The translations under genes were made by a program, and so were the position numbers. Shown here piece by piece: positions 23,135-36,139 of a stretch of 64,000 nucleotides of DNA. The stretch is from positions 95,914,001 through 95,978,000 of the forward strand of contig OZ024744.1 in assembly GCA_964016885.1 (NCBI GenBank), in the 5' to 3' direction. Source of the stretch: Eledone cirrhosa. Its lineage: Eukaryota. Position 1 is the stretch's first letter; the number at the start of each line of letters is the position of its first letter. The notes beneath the pieces are model-generated. The model did no database searches and was not told the origin of the DNA. It saw only the letters and a list, made by a program, of their open reading frames with translations.

Positions 23135-24927
23135 GGCATGAGGAATATATAATAATTGTTTCTATATTTAGGCACAAGGCCAGTAATTATCCCAGTGCAT
23201 TACTGGTACTTTATTTTATCGACCCCTTAAGGATGAAAGGCAAAGTCAACCTCGGCAGGATTTGAACTCAGAATGTCAAGGGCCGTAACTCTATGCGTCA
23301 AAGCATGGCGTCCGCTGCCAATCCCGGCACAAGACCAGCAATTGACGGTATCGGCGTAGATTGGCAGTATCCATAGAGCGTCAGACACCATCCTTATTGC
23401 CCTCTTAATTTAAGCCCTGTTTGGCTGATAAAGAAACTATTATTATATTATTGGTGGATTGGCAGTATCGGTAGAGAGTCGGACGCCATGCTTTGCATCA
23501 AAGAGTTACGGCCCTTTACGATCTGAGTTCAAATCCTGCCGAGGTTGACTTTGCTTTCATCCTTACGGGGTCGATAAAATAAAGTACCAGTAATGCACTG
23601 AGTAATTGCTGGCCTTGTGCCAAAAGTAGAAACAATTATTATTATTATTATTAAGGGCGGTGGATTGGCAGTATCGGTAGAGGGACGGACACCATGCTTT
23701 CCAGCATAGTTACGTCCCTTTACGATCTGAGTTCAAATCCCGCCGAGGTTACCTTTGCCTTTCATCCTTACGGGGGGGGGGGGGGTCGATAAAATAAAGT
23801 ACCAGTAATACACTGGGATAATTGCTGGCCTTGTGCCAAAAGTAGAAACAATTATTATTATGCTTTGCAACAAAGAGTTACGGCCCTTTATCATCTGAGT
23901 TAACTTTGCCTTTCATCTTCACGGGTGTCGATAAAATAAAGTACCTGTCACGCACTGGGGGTCAATTTAATCCACTTTCCCTCTTCCCCAAATTGCTGGC
24001 CTTCTGCCTATATAAGAAACCATGGCAGTATCGGTAGAGAGTCGGACGCCATGCTTTCCAGCATAGAGTTACGTCCCTTTACGGACTGAGTTCAAATCCC
24101 ACCGAGGTTAACTTTGCCTTTCATCCTTTCGGGATCGATAAAATAAAGTACCAGTAATGTACTGGGTAATTGCTGGCCTTGTGCCAAAAGTAGAAACAAT
24201 TATTATTATTATTATTATTATTATGCTTTGCAGCATAGAGTTACGGCCTTTTACGTTCTGAGTTCAAATCCCGCCTATGTTAGCTTTGCCTTTTATCCTT
24301 ATGGGGGTCGATAAAGTGAAGCACCAGTAATGCACTGGGGATTGATTTAATCTTTAGCACACTGAATTTTTTTATGTATTAAGGGGAGATTACTCTCTTG
24401 TCGCAATTTGTCGCTGACAGCATACTGAAGATTAATTGACCTTCCCATCCCCCTGAAATTTCTGGCCTTGTGCCTAAATCAGAAACCATTATTAGGTGTT
24501 CTAATAAGAAAAAACTTCTGTTGAATTGTGCTCGTTCCATTCCAATCCAATCCAAAGCCTTCTCATTCCTGCTGGAAGAACCCCTCCATTGCTTTCTGAT
24601 TGGTTTTGGTCATGTCTTCAGGAGTGTAGCTGTACTCACCATGCTTCGCCAATTGCAAAGCTACTCCTTTCTCTTAAAAACTGGCAATTACATTCTATAA
24701 GTTTAGTTCTTTACACCCCTTTGAGAATTATTAATATACTTCTAACTTTGATATATTTCACTTTATAATACATTTACTCCGTTCCCACACCACCAACATG
24801 ATTCAACATTGAAGATAGATGAGCTTCATAATGTTGAGTGCTTTTCTCATATTACGTCATGATTAACATTGCAGAATAACTAATTCTACCCAGTGGTAAA
24901 CCACCAAATTTAAACGTATGTATATAT

Positions 24928-26720
24928 AGAAACTACAGAGGCATTAAATTAGTTGATCAAGTCATGAAGGTCACAGAAAGAGTTATAGCGCAACTAATCA
25001 GAGAGCGAATTGATCTAGATGAAATGCAGTTTGGGTTTGTGTCAGGTTAAAGTACCACAGACGCTCTTTTCATTGTACGACAACTGCAGGAGAAGTACCT
25101 AGCTAAAAGTAAACCCCTCTACTTAGCTTTTGTTGAGTTGGAGAAAGCCTTTGACAGAGTCCTCCGCTCCATTATCTGGTGGGCTCTTAGAAAACTAGGT
25201 GTTGATGAATGGCTTGTGAGAGCGATACAAGCCATGTATAAAGAAACAGTCAGCAAGGTTAGAATTAACAACGAATATAGTGAAGAATTTAGTGTAAAAG
25301 TTGGTGTTCATCAAGGCTCTGTCCTTAGCCCCCTCCTATTTATTATTGTCCTTCAGGCTATAACAGAGGAGTTCAAGACCGACTGACCATGGGAACTTCT
25401 ATATGCTGATGATCTAACTCTCATAGCTTGAATCGATGGCTGAACTAGAGAAGAAAATCAAAAGGCCTTAAAATTAACTTGTCTAAGACTAAAATTCTAG
25501 TATGTAGAAAGGAAAATAGGGTACAGGTTTTCTCTGGGAAATGGCCATGCTCAGTGTGTAGGAAAGGCGTAGGCAGAAATTCCAAATGGAGGCACATGGG
25601 TTAGTAGTTAGAGCATTGGCCTTGCAATCGAAAGGTTGTGAGTTCAATTCTCAGACCGGGTGATGTGTTGTTTCCTTGAGCAAGACACTTTATTTCACAT
25701 TGCTCCAGTTTACTCAGATGTAGAAATGAGATGATAGGGACTGAGGTTCCTATCATTCCACTGTAAAGTGAATGTGTAGGCGCCATGGCAAAAAAGCACC
25801 CAGCACTCACTGTAAATCAGGTTGGTGTTAGGAAGGGCATCCAGCTGTAGAAATCAAGCCAGAATCAGTTCCCGTCCCACCCTTGCAAGCAGGGAAAAGC
25901 GTAAAATGATGATGATGATGAGGATGTCCCAAATGCAAGCTATGGGTACATAAAAGATGTAGTGGGATCACAGTAAACTATCTAAGAAAGTAGACTTTAT
26001 ATGTGGCCGATGCTCAGGTGTAATAGGTAGCAAGTGTCCACAGGATACTAGCTCCTTCAATTGCCCTGATGGTTCTATAGAAATAGTAGACATTTTCAGT
26101 TACCTGGGTGACAAGATCAGCAGTGGTGGAGGGTGCACTGAAAGTACAGTAGTCAGAATCAGAACGGGATGGAAAATGTTCAGAGAGCTAATACCGCTGT
26201 TGGCCACAAAAGGTTTCTCTCTAAAAATAAAAGGCAGATTGTATGATGCCTGCATACGAACAACAATGTTACTTGGCAGTGAGACATGGGCATTGTGTGC
26301 AGAGGATATACGCAGACTGGAGAGGAACGAAGCTTGCATGCTCCGTTGGATGTGTAATAGTAATATACGCGTACGGCAAAGCATAAATGAACTAAGTGAG
26401 AAATTAGGAATAAGAGGGATCAGATGTTGTTTACTCGAGAGAAGACTACGTCGGTATGGTCACATTATGCGCATGAAAGACGACAGTTGTATAAAAAAGT
26501 GCAGGGCGATCAAAATTGATGGTAGTTACGGAGTAGGCAGACCTAGAAAAACCTGATACGATTTGATAAATTCCGACCTTACACACTTGCACCTCTCTAA
26601 GATAATGTCACTGGATCGAGATCTTTGGTGCTATGCAGTAATACAGAAGACCCGCCTTGCCTATATGTACATAGCGAAACCTACAGTCAGTAGGCACCTC
26701 TTAACCAAATATATACAGCC
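24928..26720 (+). pseudogene. Decayed RTE copy (RT to C-terminus) interrupted by a SINE
   Basis: Collinear with 361-1830, with stops and frameshifts. Confidence 0.9.
25588..25922 (+). mobile_element. Full-length tRNA-derived SINE family C
   Basis: tRNA-like head (ggaggcacatgggttagtagttagagc...gagttcaattctc), central ttgagcaagacactttatttcacattgctccag, then an RTE-like tail and (GAT)n. Confidence 0.85.
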
Positions 26721-26911
26721 ATCGCCCCCTACTTCATAGATCTTTCCGATTGCTAATACTATATATTGTTCACAACTCCAGGCAGAAGGAGCAACGTGAA
26801 ACAAAGTGTCTTGCTCAAGGACATAATGTATTGCCTGGTCCAGGAATTGAATGCACAAACACACGATTGTGAATCCAATTCTCCAACCAGTCAGCCAAGC
26901 CTCTCACAGAC

Positions 26912-26976
<65 letters not shown>

Positions 26977-26980
<4 letters not shown>

Positions 26981-27412
26981 AGACATGGGCAGCAACTGCA
27001 GAGGATATGCGACGGCTGGAGAGAAATGAGGCAAGCATGCTCCGTTGGATGTGCAGTGTCAATGTGTGTGAACCACCCACCATAAATGTGTTGAGAGAGA
27101 AACTGTGTCTGAGAGGGATAGAGTGTAGTGTACGGGAGAGGAGACTGAGGTGGTATGGACATGTGATGCGCATGGAGGATGACCGATGGGTGAAGAAGTG
27201 CCAGGAATTGCCAGTTGAAGGAAGACGTGGTAGAGGTAGACCACGAAAAACATGGGCGGAGGTGGTGAGAACAGACCTCAGATCACTGAAGCTCACGGTG
27301 GAGATGACGAAGGACCGTGACAAGTGGAGAGATGCTGTGCTGAATAAGGCCCGTCCCACCCTTGCAAGCAGGGAAGAGCGGACGTAAAATGATGATGATA
27401 ATGATGATGATG
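26977..27412 (+). mobile_element. RTE 3' fragment (related subfamily) next to (TA)n
   Basis: ETWAATAEDMRRLERNEASMLRW...RLRWYGHVMR...GRPRKTW; the tail cccacccttgcaagcagggaagagcggacgtaaaatgatg overlaps the ORF end. Confidence 0.9.
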
Positions 27413-27634
27413 ATATATATATATAATAATAATTGTTTCTACTTTTGGCACAAGGCCAGCAATTACCCAGTGTATTACTGGTACTTAATTTTATCGACCC
27501 CCCGTAAGGATGAAAGGCAAAGTGAACCTCGGCGGGATTTGAACTCAGAATGGCAAGGGCCGTAACTCTATGCGTCAAAGCATGGCGTCCGACCCTCTAC
27601 AGATACTGCCAATCCACCGCCGTATATATATATA

Positions 27635-27857
27635 ATAATAATACAAGGACGAATGGTTACTCCTTCATTACGTTCATTGGTTGGTGACGCGTTTCGCTAC
27701 TGATTAGCTAATGACATTACTACAACAGAGTTTTGACGAGCTTTTGATTCCAGAGTCGGGCCAAATCGATACAGATCGAACCGTGAGCTGATCAGTAGCG
27801 AAACACACATCACCAACCAATAAATGAAGGAGTAACCATTCGTCCTTGTATTATTAT
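27635..27857. repeat. Inverted repeat (27635-27709 / 27786-27857) with hammerhead remnants; PLE pLTR-like
   Basis: The arms are reverse complements. The left arm reads GAAACGCGTC on the minus strand; the plus strand has tTGACGA-GCT...AGC-GAAAC. Confidence 0.6.
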
Positions 27858-27974
27858 CTTACACTCTGTCTAACTCTACACCTCGATACTGACGTGAACC
27901 TAAACATCGAGTGAACCTAAACCTACAGTAACTCCAAGTTACACTCCCTGGATATATATATATATATATATATA

Positions 27975-28595
27975 TGGTCACGTGATGCGCATAAAAGACG
28001 ACAGCTGTATAAAAAAGTGCAGGGCGATCAAAATTGATGGTAGTTACGGAGTAGGTAGACCCAGAAAAACCTGGGACGATCTGATAAATTCCGACCTTAC
28101 ACACTTGCACCTCTCTAAGACAATGTCACTGGACCAAGATCTTTGCCGCTACGCAGTAATACAGAAGTCCCGCCTTGCCTATGTACAAAGTGAAACCTAC
28201 AGTCAGTAGGCACCTCTTAACCAAATATACACCCCAATCCACTACCCCTACCCTATCCTCCCACTCCCACCAACACCACCTTCTCTCTATAAAGTTGGTA
28301 CCACAACATCCAGTCCAAATAAATGAGATCGAGACCGTGTAGGTGTCACGAGAAAAAAATACACCGTCCACGCTGTAAAGTGGCCGTGTAGGTAACACGG
28401 TAAAAAGTTCCCAGTTCCACACTGTAAATGTGGTTGGTGTTAGGAAGGGCATCCAGCCGTAGAAAACCTGCCAGACAGTCCTATATGAGCGAGACACGGT
28501 CACTCGACCAACCTTGCCTCAAGTGGGACAACTCCCGTCTAACTCATGCTAGCATGGAGGATGGACGTTAAACGAAGATGAAGATGATGATGATA
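27975..28595 (+). mobile_element. RTE 3' end
   Basis: GHVMRIKDDSCIKKC..GRPRKTW, the 3' UTR and the tail. Confidence 0.9.
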
Positions 28596-29859
28596 TATCA
28601 TATCCAATCTATAGTCTTCTCATTTCTGCTGGAGGAACCCCTCCTTGGTTGACCTCCATCATTTTCTGATTGGTTTTGATCATGTCTTCACAGGAGTGTA
28701 GCTGTACTCACTATGTTTGGCCAATTTGCAGGTTGGTGGGACTATTTAACCCAGAGTTGGGGTGGATGGCCGTTGACTCTGAGGAGTTCATCTACCCTTT
28801 TAACAGCTCTTGATTTTTTTTGTGCTGCTGGGTTTCCATTTTAACCTCCCCCACCAGACCTGCTGGTCTGGTGCAGTAACCTGTTTAGTCAACGACCACT
28901 CGATGATGAAGCAGTTTGTGCTGGGTTACATGGCACAAGTGACAGGCAGAAGCCTGATTAGACCAGACCAAGGTATAGTGGGGGAACCGGTTTAGTGGCT
29001 GACCACACAACCGGTTGGAAGTAATTATGAAAATTAATAACCCTTTTGTCAAAATTTTGTGATGCTTGATTTGAAATGACATCATCCCAAAGCAAATGAC
29101 TATAATAATAGTTGATCACTATAAATAACAGGTGAGAAAATCAGGTAGTCTCTAAGGGTACTTTAGCTGATTTTTCTCAACTATTATTTGTAGTGATTGA
29201 CTATTAATATAAACATTTGCTTTGGGGCGACTACATTTCAAATTTCTAATTTTCCCAATGCTTCTTAAGTCAAGTGGCTGCTGACAATATATGTTTAACC
29301 CTTTAGCATTTAAACTGGCCATATCTGGCCAGAATTCTCTCACCTCTTTCAGTTCAAACAGCTGTAGCCAGCTAATCATACTGTTGTTCACAAAATAAAT
29401 AATATCAAAACTTCATAGATTCGATGTTATGTGATATAATTATGTGAGATAAAGCCTTTACCACGAAAATACAATAGTAAATATAGAATAATTGTTTCTA
29501 CTTTTGGCACAAGGCCAGCAATTACCCAGTGTATTACTGGTACTTTATTTTATCGACCCCGTAAGGATGAAAGGCAAAGTTAACCTCAGCGGGATTTGAA
29601 CTCAGAATGGCAAGGGCTGATACTGCCAATAATGTAAATACTAAAGCGTTAATAGTTTGTACTTCCCTTATAGTGGTTTAATATTATATGCATATTCTGT
29701 TAAATTTATTTAAAACAATATATCAGTCTGTTTAGTATCAACTTTTGCTGATATTTTGTGGAGTTATGGGAAGAGGGGTGCTTTGCAGAGGTATATGGGC
29801 TTAGTGAGCCTCTGATCAGGAAACCTAGAAATTATACCTGAACTTAAACTAGACACGTC

Positions 29860-30300
29860 TACCCCTGGCAACAGTCAAGAAAGAAAGAGAATCACACTGC
29901 TGGTCCTTCTACTCATGTCAGGAGCAAATTACATTGGGCTTTGGCTCCTTGCAATCCCTCACTATGTGCAGACCCTGACACCTAAAACACTGGTCTTTAA
30001 ATGATCGTGGGTCACTTCACAAAGGCACTTCACTCTTTGTCATGCATCAGTCATCACCTTGTGCCCCTGGTCTCTGTAGTTGTTAGCACCAGAATATTCC
30101 AACCAATAGTTTTAGCATCAATATACAGGTTTGAACAATTAGTTTACCCATGCACATCATTTGAGCCCAGTTTGAGCCGCTTACTGGCAGTATGGGACTG
30201 AGTAAAGTCACCAAGTCCCATACTTCCAGCAAGCCACCCCTCCCTTAAACCTACATTTGTTATAGTGCTTGCTTATTGGGATTATCAGACAAAAGTCCAG
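29860..30300 (-). pseudogene. Gag-like zinc-knuckle relic, probably from an LTR retrotransposon
   Basis: The minus strand at about 29920-30005 reads SFKDQCFRCQGLHIVRDCKEPKPNVIC, a CCHC-like pattern. Confidence 0.45.
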
Positions 30301-31564
30301 GGCTCTTAGCACTAAAACAAACAATGGATAAAGTTGGCTTAGGTGTAAGAAACTTGTAAAAACCAAAACATGTTAGTCAGGAGTCTGAAACTGAGGGACT
30401 GAAAATGGTCATTATTCTTTCCTTAGACATTCTAACCACATGACAGAATTATACCCTGGTAAGGTGAAGGGTGGGGTGTGTGGGGGTGGGAGCATGATGT
30501 CCACCAGTTATAATTTCTATCTCTAGCTCTCTTGTTCTTGCTTTATGAGTCTGGAGTCAATCTGACCAGCAGTCCTAGAGGCGTTGTCGTATATAGAGCT
30601 GACTAGGTCCACCAGTTATAATTGTTTCTACTTTTGGCACAAGGCCAGCAACTATCCCAGTGTATTACTGGTGCTTTATTTTATTGACCCCCCCCCCCCC
30701 CCCCGTAAGGATGAAAGGCAAAGTTAACCTTGGCGGGATTTGAACTCAGACCGTAAAGGGGCATAACTGTACTTCAAAGCATGGCGTCTGACCCTCAACT
30801 GATACTGACCAGTTATAATGCTAATCTATAATACAGCTGATAGGCTGATATTTATCTTCTTCTTCTTTTCCCACTTATTCCTGAGAGGGTCATAGGGGCA
30901 GAGTTCTCAAACACTCCTGTTAGTAGCAACTGTCTCCAACTGATCTGGCTGGATCCCCAAGCGAGACCAGCCAAGCTTATGGATGTTATCCAACCATCTA
31001 CCTCTGGGTCTCCTGCCAGTTGGTTTTACCCATTAAATTTGTCCAGCGATTCTTTCCTGAGACATTCTAACCACATGCCCATAGTATTGGAGCTTTGATT
31101 TCTCAATTCCGAGAAGTAGCAGCTCTACTTGGAGTGACTCTCTGATCTCCGAGTTACACACTCTATTGAGTAACATTACTTCAAAGACCCTTCAGAAGAA
31201 TCCCTTTTCGGCTCCTTGTATTCAGGATTGATTCATGACCATAGGTAAGGGTTGGCATGAATACCAAATTGAAGGTATCAAATTCAGCTTTTACCCCTAC
31301 CTCCATAGTATTACTTAATGTGTCAGAAAGTGATCTCCGACATGCAGTTGATAGGTTTGATGTCACGTGCTGCATGGCTGGAATGGAATTTACATCACTC
31401 ATCATCATCACCGTTTTATGTCAATGTTTCCATGCTAGCATGGGTTAGATGGGTTGTCCTGTTGTGGGCTATGCCAAGACAGGTGACTGATTTTGGCTTG
31501 ATTTCTACAGCTTGATGCCCTTTCTAATGCCAACCTCATTTACAGTCTGAACTGCGTGCTTTTT

Positions 31565-32750
31565 ACCGTGACATCTACACGACCACTTTACAGTGTGGAC
31601 TGGGTGCTTTTTGTTGTGACACCTACATGACCACTTTACAGTGTGGACTGGGTGCTTTTTGTTGTGACACCTACATGACCACTTTACAGTGTGGACTGGG
31701 TGCTTTTTGTTGTGACACCTACATGACCACTTTACAGTGTGGACTGGGTGCTTTTTGTAGTGACACCTACATGACCACTTTACAGTGTGGACTGGGTGCT
31801 TTTTGTTGTGACATCTACACGACCACTTTACAGTGTGGACTGGGTGCTTTTTGTTGTGACACCTACACGACCACTTTACAGTGTGGACCGGGTGTTTTTT
31901 GTCATGACACCTACACGACCACTTTACAGTGTGGACTGGGTGTTTTTTGTCATGACACCTACATGACCACTTTACAGTGTGGACCGGGTGTTTTTTGTCA
32001 TGACATCTACACGACCACTTTACAGTGTGGACTGGGTGCTTTTTGTTGTGACATCTACACGACCACTTTACAGTGTGGACTGGGTGCTTTTTGTTGTGAC
32101 ACCTACACGACCACTTTACAGTGTGGACCGGGTGTTTTTTGTCATGACACCTACACGACCACTTTACAGTGTGGACTGGGTGTTTTTTGTCATGACACCT
32201 ACATGACCACTTTACAGTGTGGACTGGGTGCTTTTTGTTGTGACACCTACATGACCACTTTACAGTGTGGACTGGGTGCTTTTTGACATGACACCTACAT
32301 GACCACTTTACAGTGTGGACTGGGTGCTTTTTACCGTGACACCTACATGACCACTTTACAGTGTGGACTGAGTGTTTTTTGTTGTGACACCTACATGACC
32401 ACTTTACAGTGTAGACTGGGTGTTTTTTGTTGTGACACCTACATGACCACTTTACAGTGTGGACTGGGTGCTTTTTTGTTGTGACACCTACATGACCACT
32501 TTACAGTGTAGACTGGGTGTTTTTTGTCGTGACACCTACATGACCACTTTACAGTGTAGACTGGGTGTTTTTTGTCGTGACACCTACATGACCACTTTAA
32601 AGTGTGGACTGGGTGCATTTTTGTTGTGACACCTACATGACCACTTTACAGTGTGGACTGGGTGCTTTTTGTTGTGACACCTACATGACCACTTTACAGT
32701 GTAGACTGGGTGCTTTCTGTTGTGTCACCTACACGTCCACTTTACAGTGG
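31565..32750. repeat. 48-bp minisatellite (about 24 copies) expanded inside an RTE/SINE 3' tail
   Basis: Unit acctacatgaccactttacagtgtggactgggtgctttttgttgtgac (starts at 31621 and 31669); tail sequence continues on both sides. Confidence 0.95.
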
Positions 32751-33474
32751 GAGGGGTGTGGTGGCATATTGTCTATATGCTTCAGCTTTGGCGAAGGATT
32801 TTATGAAATCTTTTCTGTTCAAAATAGGAACTTCTATTTGAAGGAAGGCTGATTGGATATAGCATTATTTACTGGGTTTTTAATAAAAATGTTTTGTGAA
32901 ATGTTATTTCTATCCCAGATGTACTGTTATTCAAGAGAATTTTGAACTTTTTTGATACTGAATTTGTTCTATGATACCAATTTTTCTTTCTTGTAACCCT
33001 TTTGAATACCAAACTGCCTGAAACTGTCCCTGATTCTATGATACTAAGATATTTATTTTAAAGTGTTTATGTTTATCTAAAAACCTTCTATCATAATTTT
33101 ATGTAAGAAACTTTATTAAGTTATGTTCGAAACACCAGCTTAATAATAAAAAGATTAGTTATATTACTAAATCTTACCAAATTCTTGCTTATTTTTAAAA
33201 GGATTTAAATACCACAGTGAGTATCTTTCATTAGAAATATGGAAATAAAAGGGTTAATGAGTTTATATTTATCCCAAAACCTTCCATTATAATTTTATGT
33301 AGGAACCTTTGTTAAATTATGCTCCAAACATCAACTTAACCCTTTAGGATTTACATTACTCTATATATACTATTATATTTTTGTGGTAAAGGCTTTATTT
33401 TACATAATTATCATCATCATCATCCGTTCCACCCTTGCAAGCAGGGAAGAGCGGACGTAAAATGATGATGATGA

Positions 33475-34535
33475 TCATCACTGTTTTACGTCCGTTCTTC
33501 CATGCTAGCATGGGTTAGACGGCTTGTCCTGTTGTGGGCAGTGTCCGCTCGGCTGACCTTGTCTTGCTCATACGGGAACTGATTCTGGCTTGATTTCTAC
33601 AGCTGGATGCCCTTCCTAACACCAACCTCATTTACAGTGAGTGCTGGGTGCTTTTTTGCCGTGGCACCTCCATGACCACTTTGCAGAGGGAGGGTGTGGG
33701 GGCATATTGTCTATATGCTTCAGCTTCGGCTTGTACCCATGGGCAGTTGGGTCTTCTCTATTACTGTGTGCCGCCAGAGGTCACGGTCGTGTGTTATCGT
33801 CTTTGAGAGGTGTAATTTATCACCTCATCCCAGGTCTTCTTGGGTCTCCCCACTCCACGGTTTCCATCGACTTCTAGTGCTCTGCACCTTTTTATGCAGC
33901 TGTCATCCTTCATACGCATCACATGTCCATACCAACGCAACCACCTCTCCTGCACACAATTTGATTACTCTGATGTTCAGTTTCTCTCTCAATTCATTTA
34001 TGCTTTGCCCTTCGCGTATATTACTATTACACATCCATTGGAGCATGCAGGCTTCGTTTATTTCTAATCTACGCAGGTCTTCCACAGACAGTGCCCAGGT
34101 CTCACTACCATGTAACATTGCTGTTCATATACACGCATCATACAGTCTGCCTTTCATTTTGAGGGAAAAGCCTTTTGCAGCTAGCAGTGGCAGTAGCTCC
34201 CTAAACTTCTTCCATCCCGTTCTTACCCTAGTTATTGTACTTGCTGAACACCCACCTCCGCTGCTAATTCGGTCACATAGGTAGCAGAAGCTGTCTACTG
34301 TTTCTACAGAGCCCTCCCAGAGATTGGTGGTACTTGTTTCCTGTGGCTGTTTGCTGCTTGCTGTCCCAGCACAGCTGCTACATGTGAAGCCTACATTCTT
34401 AGTTAAACTTCCTGAGATCCCACTACATCTCTTGTGTACCCATTGTTTGCATTTGGGGCAGAAAATGGAGTTCCTACTTACACCTTTCCTACATACTGAG
34501 TAAGGCCATTTCCCTGAGGGGATCTGGGTTCTCAT
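33475..34535 (-). mobile_element. 5'-truncated RTE with the PHD insert, nested in a TTAA MITE
   Basis: PSGKWPYSVCRKGVSRNSIFCPKCKQWVHKRC...CSSC, then RTGWKKFRELLP, MLHGSETW and the tail. Confidence 0.9.
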
Positions 34536-34838
34536 ATAATATCAAATCTATGAGATTTTGATATTATTTATTTTGAGAACAATACCTTAACATCGGTATG
34601 AGTGGCTGTCTTATGGCCAGTTTGAACAGAAAGAGGTGAGAGAATTCTGGGCAGATATGGCTGGTTTAAATGTTAAAGGGTTAATCAGAATTTTAATTAT
34701 ATTATTATTAAGTCTCTCCAATTGTCGATTATTTTCAAAACTATTTGAAAATTATGGGCTGCGTCTTTCATTATAAATATAGTAACAAAAGTTAATTCTA
34801 TTCATATTTCTGCATAGTTGGTAAATGGTTAATAAACA

Positions 34839-35029
34839 TACAGTGAAACTCTGTTACAACGAAATTAACGGAATATAAAAAAAATTTGTTGTAACGAAAA
34901 ATTCTTTATAATGAGATCGACTGAAACAAATCAAGTGTTTGTTTGTTATTACCTTCGGGATTGAAAAAAATTTCGTTATACAGAAAAATTCTTTATAATG
35001 GTATTTGTTATAATGGAATTTTACCTGTA
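34839..35029. mobile_element. Tc1/mariner (Tigger/pogo-like) MITE
   Basis: TA-cagtgaaactctgttacaacgaa ... ttgttataatggaattttacctg-TA, imperfect TIRs. Confidence 0.55.
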
Positions 35030-35344
35030 TTCGTTAACAAGTAAGTATTTATTACCTGTTTTTATTAATATATATTTGTTACCTATTTTTGTAGATAATA
35101 GATCTAATGATATCTGATAATTTTTCCACTGAAAGAAGTTTTAAAAATGTAAATTTACAACAGGAAATTTTAGAACAGCATAAAAAAATCTTTGAAGCAG
35201 TTGCCATGACCCAGTGTTTGATATTCTCTGAGTGTGAAGAAACACTTGTAATGTAATGGGACTATTTTAAACATTTTATCAATGTTTTAAGTCTTTTATT
35301 CTCTGATTTACCATGTAAGGGTGATATATAGTCACCTTGATCAC

Positions 35345-36135
35345 CTTGACCAGCCAAACTGTTGGATGTCACTTTGAATATGTTGACCACAGCATTTCAT
35401 CCATTCCGTTCTTGATCTCACCTTACTTCTCCATTGTGGTTCAATTATTCTCTTTATATCCTCAATCCGTCTGAGTGGAGGCCTTCTGGGTGGTCGTGTC
35501 TGCTCGTGCGGTTACCACTTGAAAACTGCATGGGTTCACTGATTATCACTGATCTGTATGACATGTCTGGCTCATCAGATGGTACTCAATGATAACATCC
35601 TTCACTCTGGTTCTTTCCTTGATCTGTTTGTTTCTGATGTGATCTCTCAAGGCGATTCCCAGTATTGACCTTTCTATGGTTCTTCGTCCCATTTTTAACT
35701 ACTGTCTCTCCCTCTTCATCATCACCCATGTTTCACTTGCATAGAGCCTTGCAGGTAGAACTCTGCTGTTGAAAAGATTTGTACAGGTGGCTTTGTCAAG
35801 GTTCAATTTCAGCTCATCCTTGGCTCAGTTGAATCCTCTCTGCGCTCATTATTGATATCGTGTCCCATGGTTATAGCTTGACCATATTACAAGGCATTTC
35901 AGTGGTAGCACCATTCAACAATGGATGTGACCACCGTCTTGTGAAGGCAAAGATTGTGCAGTATGATATCAAGGAGAAGAGGATACTGCACCTAATGTCG
36001 AGGGAACAGCATCTGAAGGTCGTGGACAAAGTGCAGCTGAAGGAAGCTATAGTCTTAGGACCAGCTTAATGGAATCAATGAACATCATGAGTCACTAATT
36101 CAGAAGTTGAAAGAGTGCTTGAGGAAGGCGAAGGC
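35345..36135. pseudogene. Fragments of another RTE-type LINE: C-terminus on - (about 35345-35845) and endonuclease end on + (about 35870-36135)
   Basis: The minus strand has WTHAVFKW..RPP.RPP-like and LYASETW motifs; the plus strand has FNNGCDHRLVKAKI, the APE SDH motif. Confidence 0.55.
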
Positions 36136-36139
36136 TGCA

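Larger units (their letters stand above)
21380..24490. mobile_element. Dense cluster of about 10 SINE family A copies, mostly on the + strand (e.g. 23655-23858; inverted copy 23150-23320)
   Basis: Repeated ggcggtggattggcagtatcggtagag...gagttcaaatcc...ggtcgataaaataaagtaccag...gaaacaattattatt, with A-box- and B-box-like motifs. Confidence 0.9.

Noticed and set aside
31627-32852. Repetitive 16-aa-period Cys-rich ORFs (also 57187-58609 and 52645-53022)
   Set aside because: They result from satellite units that lack stops; there is no splice or homology support.
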